Source: Halorarum halobium
GTDB taxonomy: Archaea > Halobacteriota > Halobacteria > Halobacteriales > Haloferacaceae
Reading direction: 5' to 3'
DNA: 64,000 nucleotides
Assembly (NCBI RefSeq): GCF_032116555.1
Contig: NZ_CP134949.1
Location: 1,054,001 to 1,118,000, forward strand
Shown here: piece by piece, positions 8,959 to 18,967 of the stretch
How positions within the stretch are numbered: position 1 is the first letter of the stretch
Layout of the letters: every line of letters starts with the position of its first letter
The notes under the pieces: generated by a model
What the model was told of the DNA's origin: nothing
Databases searched by the model: none
What the model saw: the letters and a program-made list of their open reading frames with translations, nothing else
Made by a program: the position numbers and the translations under genes

Positions 8959-11900
8959 ATGACACAGGACTATTCACGCAAGACGCGGGCGCTCGTACTG
9001 GCGGTACTGATGACGACTTCCGTGTTCGCGGGGGTCGCCGCGTTCGGTGGAACGGCAGTTGCGGCTACGGCGAACACCGCGACGATCACGGTGGATGACG
9101 ACGGGTCGGCTGATCACTCGACGATCCAGGCCGCGATTGACGCCGCCTCACCAGGTCAAACGATTCACGTGAAGGCGGGAACGTATAATGAGCAGCTCAC
9201 GGTCGACAGCTCCGTGACGATCGTCGGTGCAGGGGAGGGTGCAACGACGATCGACGGTGGACTGAAAGTCGATAGCGCCGTCACGGGTCTGACGATACGG
9301 AACCTGACGATGGCCGGGAACCGTGGGGCATCCCGGACGTTGTACAGTACTTCGACGTTGACCGATCTTACCGTTTCGAACGTCACGTTCGACGGCCAGG
9401 ACTCGGTCGGATTCGCCATCTACGGAAACGACTTCGCGGGTGACGTCGAGATCACGCACAGCACGTTCACCGGCTACAACGATGCCTCGCAGTGGGCGAC
9501 CGTCTACGTGTCGACGAAGACGGGCATCGGGGACGTCGAGTTCTCCTCCAACGACGTCACCGACAACACCGGGATGGTCAACTTCAACGGGAACGAAGCC
9601 GCGAGCTCGGACCGGATCGACTCGCTGACCGTCACGGACAACACGTTCACCGGAACCGTGCTCGATAGCGGTGGAGCGTCCGCTGCCGCGCTGTCGGTAA
9701 AGGACGCGGACGACAGCACCATCTCGGGTAACGAGTTCAGCGGGAACTACGCCGACTTCCACTACGCGAACGCGAGCGTGCAGACGAGCGCGATCCTCGC
9801 CAACAACGACTTCCAGGCGGATGCCGTCCAGTTCAACACCTCGAACGGCTACGTCGTCTACCCGAGTTCTTCGGCCGCTCGCACCGCGCTAGCGAGCGAC
9901 GACGCGACCTACGCGGAGAACGTCGAGACGGGTGACTTCCTCGTCGCGGACGGCATGTCGATCCAGACGGCGATTGATTCGGCCGACGCGGGCGATGAAA
10001 TCCGTGTCGCCACGGGAACCTACGACGGGTTTATCGTCGACAAGGACGTTACCGTTACCGGCGAGGGAGCCGACGTCCTCATTGACGGTGGGGCCGACAT
10101 CCGCGCGGACGCGGCGACGCTCCGGAACGTCACCTGGGACGACACCTACACTGGCAGCGGACCGCTGGTGAACGTCTCCGGGGACGAGGTTCTGCTCGAA
10201 CACATCGAATTGGACAACGTTCCGACGAACCACGGCTCGTCGATCGTGATCCGGGGGGACAACGTTACTCTCACCGAGAGTACGCTGGTGCGTGGCGGTG
10301 ACGGCGGGTTCGCGCTCATCCATCTCTTCAGAGGGCCGAACTCGGTCGTGGCGACCGGATCGCCTACCGGCGTCGAGATCACGGATAACGTCATCAGCGG
10401 CGGCGACGTCGGAGTGTTCCTCCAGGCCGACCAGTCGGTCACGATCGAGGACAACGAGATCACTCCGGCTTCCAGCGACGACGATGCGATCTGGGTGACC
10501 GGGGTCGCCTACGGCTCACTCTCCGCGGACGCGACGCTGAACATCGAGAACAACGGCGAGCTGGTGGAGGTGAACAACGCGACGACCGGGACGGTCCACT
10601 ACATGACGTCCGTGTCGGCGGCGTTCACGAGCGACCAGTCGCCCATCACCGAGGGTAGCACGGTGTCGATTCCCGACGGAACGTACACGCTCTCGGAGCG
10701 GGCCGAGATTCCCGCCGACAACGTCACCGTCGAAGGGGAGTCTCAGGCGGGCGTCGTGATCGACGGCTCCGGCGTCCCGTGGCCAATCTACGCCCACAAC
10801 AAGAGCGACCTGACGCTCCGCAACTTCACGCTCTACGGAACCGAGCAACCGAACAGCGACGATTCGATCAAGGTCGCGTTCGCGGACGGCCTGACGATAG
10901 AGAACGTCGCGGTGAACGGCTCCGACGGCAACGAAATCGACCTGAACAACGTCCGGAACGCGTCACTCAGGAACCTCGAAGCAAACGGTGAGGACACCGC
11001 GGGCGTCGGCGTCGGGCTCACCGCGGTCCAGAACGCCACGCTGGAGAACGTCGACACGCGGAACAACAGCTGGGGCGGCGTCGGGCTGTACGACGTCGCC
11101 TCGGACGTCTCATCCCCCACGGGCTGGACGCTGATCGAGAACTCCGGAGACGTAACCATCGCGGGGACGAGCGACCTGTCGGAGAGCGTTTCCCTCTACT
11201 CCGATCAGGAGTACGGAGGCACCCTCGGTGATCTGTACGCGCCCGACTACGAGTACGCGGTCGAGAACCCGGACCACAGGGAGAACGTGGATCAGCGGGG
11301 CGAGGACTTCGTCTACTTCCACAGGACGGAAGCCGACGCGATCGCGTACGCACGCGGCCTCGACAACAACCAGAGTTCGACGGTCCGGACGCTGAGCAAG
11401 GACGGATCGGGCGAGATCGACCTCGGATCGACGTTCGTCGTCGAGGACGGGATGTCCGTCCAGGCCGCGGTCGACGCGGCGGACGCGGGCGACACGATCC
11501 AGGTCCGCGAGGGGACCTTCGCGGGTGACATCACCGTCGACAAGCCGCTCACCATCGAGGGCGCGGGCGCGGACGCGACCGTCATCGACACGAACGGCGG
11601 CGGACACGCGTTCACCGTCTCCGCGTCGGACGTGACGATCAGCGGCCTCAACGCCACCAACGGCAACACGGGCATCGACGTGCCGCGGACCGCCGAAGTG
11701 TCGAACTTCCACCTCGAGAACGTCGTCCTCTCGGGGAACCAGTTCGGCGTCTACGTCCACGGGGACACCGTCAACACCGACGACACCGACAACGGCGAGT
11801 TCGACGGCGTTCACTTCGAGAACGTCCACATCACCGACAGCGTGGAGAAGGGGATGTACATCGAGAAGCTCTCGAACGCGACGTTCGATGGCGTCATCGT

Positions 11901-14900
11901 CGACGGCGTCACCAGCGACACCTACGGGTTCAACAACGGGATCGACATCAACCTCAAGGACGGCGACTACGAGAACGTCACCATCCGGAACTCGGTCGTC
12001 CGGAACGTCTCGAAGGGCACGCCGTACGACGGGACGGACTCGTTCTCGGCCGCCATCGCCATCAAGGCGCGCGACGACGAGAACAAGGACTACGGAGACG
12101 ACCCCGGAACCCTTGATGGCGTTACCATCGACAACGTCACCGTCGAGAACTCGTTCAACGGCCTGCGGTTCGGCGAGCCCGGATCGACGAACAACGAGCC
12201 GACGAACGTGACGGTCCGGGACTCCACGTTCCGGAACAACGTCGGCTACCACGTGTCCATCGAGACGGAGTCGCTGAACCTCAGTGACGCGGTCACGACC
12301 TCGAACAGCTTCGGGAAGCAGGTCCTGCTCGCGGAGGGCCAGCCCGAGGACCGTGCGGACTTCACCGGCGGCATCTGGGCGAACATCGGCGACGCCGTCG
12401 AGTCGGCCGAGAACGGCGACTACGTCGTCATTGGGGCCGCCACGTACGACGAGACGGTTCGGATCAACACGGACAACGTCACGATCATCGGAGCGCCCGG
12501 CGCGACGATCGCGCCGTCCGACCAGACGATGGCGTCCACGAGTCGCGACCGCATCATCGACACCGATCGCCATTCGAACGTGACGATCCAGGGGCTCACC
12601 ATCGTCGGCACGGGAACCAAGATCGATGATCCCGTCGGCGTGACGCTCTGGGGCGCGAACAACACGGTCGAGGACGTCACGATTGAGAACGTCCTGACCG
12701 CGGTTCAGACCGCGTCAGGCGGCTCCGACAACGCGACGGTTCGGGACGTGACGGCCGTCAACGTCGGCGTCGGTATCAGCGTCCAGTCGAACGATACCGA
12801 GGTCACCTCGAGTTCGGTCGAGAATGCGAGCATCTCCGGAATCGGGGTTCTCAACGGCCGTGAGGACGTCCGCCTGATCGGGAACGAACTGACCAACGTT
12901 GACGGACCGGCTGTCAAGGTCAGCGACCACCTCGACACGACGAGCGGATCGGTCCGGATGCTCAACAACGTGTTCGGAAACGACACCGACGGGGTGAACA
13001 ACGCCGGCGGCGTTTCAGTCAACGCGACGTTCAACTACTGGGGCAGCCCAGCGGGACCGAACGCATCCGGGAACACCTACAACTCGGACGCACAGGGTGT
13101 CAACGTCACCGGCGACGTAACGTTCACGCCGTGGCTCGACAGTTCGCCCTCGACCGGATCGCCGGCCACCGGTATCGCTCCCGTGATCAACACGGACACC
13201 AACGAGACGTACGCCTCCATCCAGGCGGCAGTCAGCGACGCGAGTTCGGGTGACACGATCTACGTCACAGCGGGAACGTACGACGAGTTCGTCGACATCA
13301 GTGCGAACAACGTCACGATCGTCGCTGAGGACGGTGCGAAGATTGCGCCGTCCGAGTCGACGATAGCGAACCAGAACAGTCGTGCCTGGCTCGTTGACCT
13401 GCGTGGGCACTCGAACGTGACGATCGACGGACTCGCGTTCGAGGGCAACGGCACTGACTCCCTCGTCGGTGTGGCAGTGAACGGGGAGAACGCCACCGTA
13501 CACGGTGCTACCATCGAGAACGTTCTCACCGGCATCCAGACGCACTCGAAGTGGGATCTGGCGAACAACACGTTCGGGGAGAGCTCCTCCGACGGGGCCA
13601 GGATCCTGAACAACGACATCCACAACGTGGAGTACGGGATCAGCATCCAGTCGAACGAGGCGATCGTCTGGAACAACTCGATTTCGGACGCCAACTCCGG
13701 GGTTGCGGTCCTCAACGGCCGCGACAACGTCGTCGTGATCGAGAACGACTTCGCCGCCCTCAACGAGACGGCGGTCGGAATCAGTGACGGCTTCGTGAAG
13801 GACGGCTCGGTCGTCACGACCGGATCCGTCGAGGTGCACTGGAACGATCTCAGTGGCGGCACGCACGGAGTCAACAACACTGCCGGCGTCGACGTCAACG
13901 CCACCCACAACTACTGGGGAGCGCCGACCGGGCCCGCCGGCGAAGGGCCCGGCGCGGGCGCGAACGTCAGCGAGAACGTCACGATCGTTCCGTTCTACAC
14001 GGACGCGGCGCTGACCGAACTCTCGACCGAGCCGCCGCGACTCTCGGCCGTCTCGCTGATCGACGAGACCGACGGCAACGGCGTGGTCGACTCGGGTGAC
14101 GTACTCAACGTGAGCGCACGTGTAGAAGACGGAAGCGGCGTCGACACCGTCGTCGTCGACGCCCAGCCGTTCGGCGGCAGCGGGACGCTGGCGCTGACCG
14201 ACGAAAACGACGACGGCGTCTACGACGCGGCGTTCACGGTCGACGCCGACGCGGCGACTTCACCCGACAGCAGCTTGTCGCTGGGGGTGACCGCCACCGA
14301 CGCCGGCGGCGCGAACGCCAGCGCGTCGACCAACGCCGTCACGCTCGAGACCGACTCGGAGACGACGACGACCTACACCGTCTCGGACACCAGCCCGCTA
14401 AGTTCCGAGGTGGTCTCGGTGAACGTCACCGTCGCCAACGTCGGCAACCGCTCGGCCGACCGGACCGTCACGCTGCTGGTCGACGGTTCGGCGGTCGCGA
14501 CCCGCTCGGTCTCGGTGGCCGAGGGTGCCAACCGGACGGTGACCTTCGAGCGGAAGTTCGCCTACGGCGAGCACGTCGTCACCGTCAACGACTCGGTGAG
14601 CACGCTGGTGAACACGACGGTCACCGCCGTGCGGCCGACCAACCCGAACGCCGACGTGGCGATCACCTCGCCGAACGCGGGCGAGTCCTTCGCCAGCGAC
14701 TCGGTCACCGTGGAGTACGACCTGACCGACGTCGACTCCGGCATCGCGAACCTCACCTACGCGGTCGACGGCGGGTCGGCGACGACCGTCACCGACCTGA
14801 CCCGGTCCAACGTCACCCTGACCGCGCTCCCGGACGGTGAGCACACCGTCACCCTGACGCTCGTGGACAACATCGACAACACGGTCGCGAGCGACACCGT

Positions 14901-17817
14901 CACGTTCGACGTCGACTCCACGGAGCCGGTCGTGACGATCCAGCCCGGACGGGACGGGAACGTCAGCGCGAACCGGTCGGTCGACGTCGACCTCGCGGTC
15001 GACGAGGAGAACCCGGGAACCGCGACGTTCGAGGTCCGGGACGGCGGAACGACCGTCTACAGCGAGGACGTGAGCGACGAACTCGCCGACGGCTCCGAGA
15101 CGCTGACCTGGGACGCGACGAACGACGCCGGCGACAAGGTTGCGACGGGCGAGTACGACCTCGTCCTGAACGCGACCGACGCGGGCGGGCTCTCGAACGA
15201 GACGACCGCGACGGTCAGCGTGGACAACACGCCGGCCTCGGTCACCAGCATCACGCCGGACACGACCGACCTCGGCAGCGGTGACTCGGTGACCGTCACG
15301 GTCGACGCGACCGACGCCCACTCGGGCGTCTCGAACGTCTCGGTGACGCTCGTCGCCGACGACGTGAACTACCGGACGACCGCCGACGCGACCCGGAGCG
15401 GCGGGTCGTGGGAAGCGACGTTCGACGTCGCGAACCTCTCGGTCGACGGGAGCTACAGCGTGCACGCGACCGCGACCGACGCGGCGGACAACGATGGAAC
15501 GGACGTGAACGCGGGCGCCCTCGACGTGGACACGACCGCGCCGACGGTGAGCGCGATCATCGACACGAAGAACGACACTCACGGGTACGTGAACGTCACA
15601 GTCGCCGACGACGTGGCGGGCACGGGCGATATTGGACTCAACCTGACTCGCGGAGGAAATTCGGTGACCGTCACTGGCCTCTCCCAGGTAGATAGCTCGA
15701 ACACGTACTCTGGGACATTCCCCCTCAGCTCCGGCAATTACGTTCTCGAGGCCAACGCGACCGACGCGGCCGGAAACCTCGGAAACGCCACCGCGAGCGC
15801 GAACATCACGGCCGGCCTGAACGGGCCCGCCGGTGACACGAAAACGATCTCCGGAGCGGACGGCACGGAGATCGAATTCAACTTCAACGAGTCCTACTCC
15901 GACGGGCAGGCCGCGCTCACTACGTCCGGGACGGCGCTCGCTGACCTCGGGACCAACGTGGGGTCGACGTTCCTCAACGGCGAACTCAACGAGAACCTCA
16001 CCGACGCGCTCGACAACGCGACGATCCGCATCCCGGTTCAGGGCAACGTGCCCGACGGGGTCGACGAGGAGAACGTCACCATCAGCCGGTACAACGAGAC
16101 CGCCGGCGAATGGGAGCAGCTCGATACGACGGTCGAGGGTGACTACTTCGTCACCACGGTGGAGCACTTCTCCACCTACGGGCCGGTGAACCCCGACACG
16201 ACGGCGCCGAGCATCGACGCCTCCGACGTGTCGCCCACCTCGCCCACCTACAGCACTGACACGGTCGACGTGACCGTCGAGTACAGCGACAACAACAACG
16301 TCGACGCCGGGAACGTCACCGTCCGGTTCGACGGCACGGACGTGACCGCCGCCGCCGCGACGAGCGTCTCGCCGACCGAGGTGACCTACTCGGCCAGCGG
16401 CCTCGTCGGCTCGGGGACCCACTGGCTGAACGTCACCGTGGTCGACACGGCCGGCAACAGCGAGACCAGCAACGTCAGCTTCATCGTGCCCGAGGACACC
16501 GAAGCGCCGGACGTGACCGCCGAATTCGCGGACTCGTACGCCTACGGCACGACCACGGTCCCGATCGAGTTCAGCTTCGACGACGCGCTGAGCGGGGTCG
16601 ACGCGAGCAGCGTGACGCTGACCGTGGACGGGACGAAGGTCGCCGACGCGGACGCGACGATCACCGAGGACGGCGTGCAGTACGACGCGACCGGGCTCGC
16701 GTCCGGAAGCCACACCGCGAAGGTGACCGTCTCGGACGAGGACGGGAACCCGGTGACCGAAACCGTTTCGTTCACCATCGCGAGCGACACCGACACCCCG
16801 CGGGTGACCGACTCGACGATCTCGCCGACGCCCGACGACGGCGTCCTGGCGCTCGGGACCACGCAGGCAACGATCAGCTTGGACTACACCGACGACACCA
16901 GCAGTATCGACGCGGGCGCCGTCGAGGTCACCTTCGACGGCACGGACGTCACGGACGAGGCGGTCGTCACCGCCACCGGGCTCGAGTACACGGCCGTCGG
17001 GCTCGAGAACGGCAGCAGCTACACCCTCTCGGCGAAGATCGTCGACGACGGGGGCAACACGATCACCGAGAACGTGACGGTCGAGGTCGCCGCCCCGCCG
17101 TCCGACGACTCCGGTAGCGTCGGTGGGACGACCGGTTCCACCGGCGGCAGCGGCTCGGCACCGACGAGCCGCGTGACGACCTCGCTCGTCGGCGGGCAGG
17201 CTCACATGACAGTCGGCGGGAGCGTCTCCGACGTGAGCATCCACTTCAGCGGGGGCGGCAGCGGGGGTTCGGTCTCCGCACAGCCGCTCTCCGAGCGGCC
17301 CGACTCCGTCCCGGCGATTCCCGACGCCGACGGCTTCGCGTACGTCGACCTGAGCGTGCCCGCCGACCGGGCCGACGCCAGCGCCACGCTGGAGTTCACG
17401 GTCAAGTCGAACGCCATCGGCGACACGGCCCCGAGCCAGCTCACCGTCTACCACTACGGCGACGGCGAGTGGTCGGCCCTGGAGACGACGGTCGTCTCCT
17501 CGGGCGGCGGGGAGGTCGTGCTGGAAGCCACGACGCCCGGCTTCTCGCTGTTCGCGGTCGGCGCACAACAGCAGCAGACCGACCAGCCGGACGACACGAC
17601 TGACGCGCCCGACGACACGACGGACCAGCCGGACGACACCACCGACGCGCCGGACGACACGACGGACCAGCCCGACGACGGCACGGACGCGCCCGACGAC
17701 ACGACCGACGAGCCGGTCCAGGAGCCCGGCGGGTTCGACTTCGGCGCGCTCGCCGTGATCCTGCTGGTCATCGTCGTGCTCGTCGCCGGATACGCAGTCT
17801 GGACCCGGGCCGAGTAA
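8959..17817 (+). CDS. Giant (~2952 aa) cell-surface glycoprotein/adhesin: halophile signal peptide, ~6 parallel beta-helix modules, CARDB/Ig-like repeats, PGF-pre-PGF-like domains, D/T linker, C-terminal TM
   Basis: Start MTQDYSRKTRALVLAVLMTTSVFAG (S-layer-type signal); repeated S/TIQAAxDxAxxGDTIxVxxGTY caps; NYWGxPxGP ends; DTTAP Ig linkers; EATTPGFSLFAVG; many N-x-S/T sequons; tail EPGGFDFGALAVILLVIVVLVAGYAVWTRAE. Confidence 0.9.
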   Translation: MTQDYSRKTRALVLAVLMTTSVFAGVAAFGGTAVAATANTATITVDDDGSADHSTIQAAIDAASPGQTIHVKAGTYNEQLTVDSSVTIVGAGEGATTIDGGLKVDSAVTGLTIRNLTMAGNRGASRTLYSTSTLTDLTVSNVTFDGQDSVGFAIYGNDFAGDVEITHSTFTGYNDASQWATVYVSTKTGIGDVEFSSNDVTDNTGMVNFNGNEAASSDRIDSLTVTDNTFTGTVLDSGGASAAALSVKDADDSTISGNEFSGNYADFHYANASVQTSAILANNDFQADAVQFNTSNGYVVYPSSSAARTALASDDATYAENVETGDFLVADGMSIQTAIDSADAGDEIRVATGTYDGFIVDKDVTVTGEGADVLIDGGADIRADAATLRNVTWDDTYTGSGPLVNVSGDEVLLEHIELDNVPTNHGSSIVIRGDNVTLTESTLVRGGDGGFALIHLFRGPNSVVATGSPTGVEITDNVISGGDVGVFLQADQSVTIEDNEITPASSDDDAIWVTGVAYGSLSADATLNIENNGELVEVNNATTGTVHYMTSVSAAFTSDQSPITEGSTVSIPDGTYTLSERAEIPADNVTVEGESQAGVVIDGSGVPWPIYAHNKSDLTLRNFTLYGTEQPNSDDSIKVAFADGLTIENVAVNGSDGNEIDLNNVRNASLRNLEANGEDTAGVGVGLTAVQNATLENVDTRNNSWGGVGLYDVASDVSSPTGWTLIENSGDVTIAGTSDLSESVSLYSDQEYGGTLGDLYAPDYEYAVENPDHRENVDQRGEDFVYFHRTEADAIAYARGLDNNQSSTVRTLSKDGSGEIDLGSTFVVEDGMSVQAAVDAADAGDTIQVREGTFAGDITVDKPLTIEGAGADATVIDTNGGGHAFTVSASDVTISGLNATNGNTGIDVPRTAEVSNFHLENVVLSGNQFGVYVHGDTVNTDDTDNGEFDGVHFENVHITDSVEKGMYIEKLSNATFDGVIVDGVTSDTYGFNNGIDINLKDGDYENVTIRNSVVRNVSKGTPYDGTDSFSAAIAIKARDDENKDYGDDPGTLDGVTIDNVTVENSFNGLRFGEPGSTNNEPTNVTVRDSTFRNNVGYHVSIETESLNLSDAVTTSNSFGKQVLLAEGQPEDRADFTGGIWANIGDAVESAENGDYVVIGAATYDETVRINTDNVTIIGAPGATIAPSDQTMASTSRDRIIDTDRHSNVTIQGLTIVGTGTKIDDPVGVTLWGANNTVEDVTIENVLTAVQTASGGSDNATVRDVTAVNVGVGISVQSNDTEVTSSSVENASISGIGVLNGREDVRLIGNELTNVDGPAVKVSDHLDTTSGSVRMLNNVFGNDTDGVNNAGGVSVNATFNYWGSPAGPNASGNTYNSDAQGVNVTGDVTFTPWLDSSPSTGSPATGIAPVINTDTNETYASIQAAVSDASSGDTIYVTAGTYDEFVDISANNVTIVAEDGAKIAPSESTIANQNSRAWLVDLRGHSNVTIDGLAFEGNGTDSLVGVAVNGENATVHGATIENVLTGIQTHSKWDLANNTFGESSSDGARILNNDIHNVEYGISIQSNEAIVWNNSISDANSGVAVLNGRDNVVVIENDFAALNETAVGISDGFVKDGSVVTTGSVEVHWNDLSGGTHGVNNTAGVDVNATHNYWGAPTGPAGEGPGAGANVSENVTIVPFYTDAALTELSTEPPRLSAVSLIDETDGNGVVDSGDVLNVSARVEDGSGVDTVVVDAQPFGGSGTLALTDENDDGVYDAAFTVDADAATSPDSSLSLGVTATDAGGANASASTNAVTLETDSETTTTYTVSDTSPLSSEVVSVNVTVANVGNRSADRTVTLLVDGSAVATRSVSVAEGANRTVTFERKFAYGEHVVTVNDSVSTLVNTTVTAVRPTNPNADVAITSPNAGESFASDSVTVEYDLTDVDSGIANLTYAVDGGSATTVTDLTRSNVTLTALPDGEHTVTLTLVDNIDNTVASDTVTFDVDSTEPVVTIQPGRDGNVSANRSVDVDLAVDEENPGTATFEVRDGGTTVYSEDVSDELADGSETLTWDATNDAGDKVATGEYDLVLNATDAGGLSNETTATVSVDNTPASVTSITPDTTDLGSGDSVTVTVDATDAHSGVSNVSVTLVADDVNYRTTADATRSGGSWEATFDVANLSVDGSYSVHATATDAADNDGTDVNAGALDVDTTAPTVSAIIDTKNDTHGYVNVTVADDVAGTGDIGLNLTRGGNSVTVTGLSQVDSSNTYSGTFPLSSGNYVLEANATDAAGNLGNATASANITAGLNGPAGDTKTISGADGTEIEFNFNESYSDGQAALTTSGTALADLGTNVGSTFLNGELNENLTDALDNATIRIPVQGNVPDGVDEENVTISRYNETAGEWEQLDTTVEGDYFVTTVEHFSTYGPVNPDTTAPSIDASDVSPTSPTYSTDTVDVTVEYSDNNNVDAGNVTVRFDGTDVTAAAATSVSPTEVTYSASGLVGSGTHWLNVTVVDTAGNSETSNVSFIVPEDTEAPDVTAEFADSYAYGTTTVPIEFSFDDALSGVDASSVTLTVDGTKVADADATITEDGVQYDATGLASGSHTAKVTVSDEDGNPVTETVSFTIASDTDTPRVTDSTISPTPDDGVLALGTTQATISLDYTDDTSSIDAGAVEVTFDGTDVTDEAVVTATGLEYTAVGLENGSSYTLSAKIVDDGGNTITENVTVEVAAPPSDDSGSVGGTTGSTGGSGSAPTSRVTTSLVGGQAHMTVGGSVSDVSIHFSGGGSGGSVSAQPLSERPDSVPAIPDADGFAYVDLSVPADRADASATLEFTVKSNAIGDTAPSQLTVYHYGDGEWSALETTVVSSGGGEVVLEATTPGFSLFAVGAQQQQTDQPDDTTDAPDDTTDQPDDTTDAPDDTTDQPDDGTDAPDDTTDEPVQEPGGFDFGALAVILLVIVVLVAGYAVWTRAE
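17578..17715 (+). repeat. Coding tandem repeat, about 6.5 x 21 bp (T-D-Q/A-P-D-D-T)
   Basis: TDQPDDT TDAPDDT TDQPDDT TDAPDDT TDQPDDG TDAPDDT TDEP; alternating Q/A gives a 42-bp higher-order unit. Confidence 0.9.
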
Positions 17818-17847
17818 CCGACGCTCGGACCGCGGGTTTCGGCGCGT

Positions 17848-18741
17848 TCAGGTCGCCGGAGACGAGATGTCCATTTTCCGGGGTGCGATCTGGAAGGTGA
17901 CGTACGGGACGATGTAGCCGAAGCAGTAGCCCAGCAGGTGCAAGAACAGGTTGAGGACGGTGCCGTCGCCGGTCACCACGTTCGGGAACGCTGCGAACTG
18001 GAGCAGGACGAACACGCAGGTGCCGAGCGCGAGCACCGGGAGCGGGTCACGCTCGCGGCCGCCGTCGGCCCGAACGTGGCCGAGCGGGACGGTGCGACTC
18101 CCGAGCAGGCTGTGGACGCACAGCCCCACCACGACGAGGTTCGCCGCGCCGACGAGCAGGCTCTCGACACCCGGCGGTACCGCCCTGAACGTGATGACGG
18201 TCGCACCCATGAAGAACGGGAGCGGCGACCGCGAGAGGTTCGCGCCGGGGACCGTGTCGTCGAAGTAGCCCGCCAGCGCGTGGGGAAGGAACCCGAGGAA
18301 CGCCATGTTGAGCCCGGAGAACCCGAAGCCGATCCGCGGCCTGGTGAGCAGGACGTTCATCGCCGAGAGCGCGAACGGGAACGCGACCAGCACGGTGAGG
18401 AACGTGACGAAAAATCGGCCCCGGTGGCCGCTCCGAACGCTCACGAACCAGGCGAGCGGGACAACCGTGAGATACACGGCAATGTTCGTCAACAGGTGTC
18501 CCGAACCCAGGTGGACGAAGTGGGAGGTGTACATCGTCACCACCGTCGGCTCGACGTACGAGAGCGTGAACGAGAGCCGAACCGGCCGCGGAAGCGACGC
18601 GACGCCGAGCAGCAGCGCCGGCACTCCCAGTATCGTAGCGACGTCGAGCGGTGACGCGCCGCCGCGTCGGAGGGGCGAGCGCAGTCCGCCCACGCTATCG
18701 ACCTCCCCGGGCCGGCCCGGTGCCCGCACTCGCCGCTCCAC
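17848..18741 (-). CDS. Rhomboid-like intramembrane serine protease
   Basis: Polytopic; T.HFVH.GSGHLLTN (HxxxN), GFSG (GxSG Ser) and NLFLHLLGYCFG (HxxG His) in rhomboid order; start uncertain. Confidence 0.7.
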   Translation of the reverse strand: MERRVRAPGRPGEVDSVGGLRSPLRRGGASPLDVATILGVPALLLGVASLPRPVRLSFTLSYVEPTVVTMYTSHFVHLGSGHLLTNIAVYLTVVPLAWFVSVRSGHRGRFFVTFLTVLVAFPFALSAMNVLLTRPRIGFGFSGLNMAFLGFLPHALAGYFDDTVPGANLSRSPLPFFMGATVITFRAVPPGVESLLVGAANLVVVGLCVHSLLGSRTVPLGHVRADGGRERDPLPVLALGTCVFVLLQFAAFPNVVTGDGTVLNLFLHLLGYCFGYIVPYVTFQIAPRKMDISSPAT

Positions 18742-18967
18742 GCCGGCTGCTCGTGAACCCGGTCACACGCGTTCGACTGCGGACGGAGGGTGGTTCGCTC
18801 GCCCCGCGGCTCTGAAACCGCATGATGCTCTGATGTCCCGACCGAGCCCGTCAGGGCTTATCTACGCTCCGCCCGAATTATCGGAGCTGATACCATTCTT
18901 CGCCGGGGCCCGGTGTCGGGACTCAGTTCCGAGAGACTTACCCACACACCGACCGTAGCCGCCCGCA

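Noticed and set aside
14398..17568. 1056-aa minus-strand ORF
   Set aside because: Antisense shadow of the GC3-rich surface gene; Arg/Val/Gly-rich with no motifs
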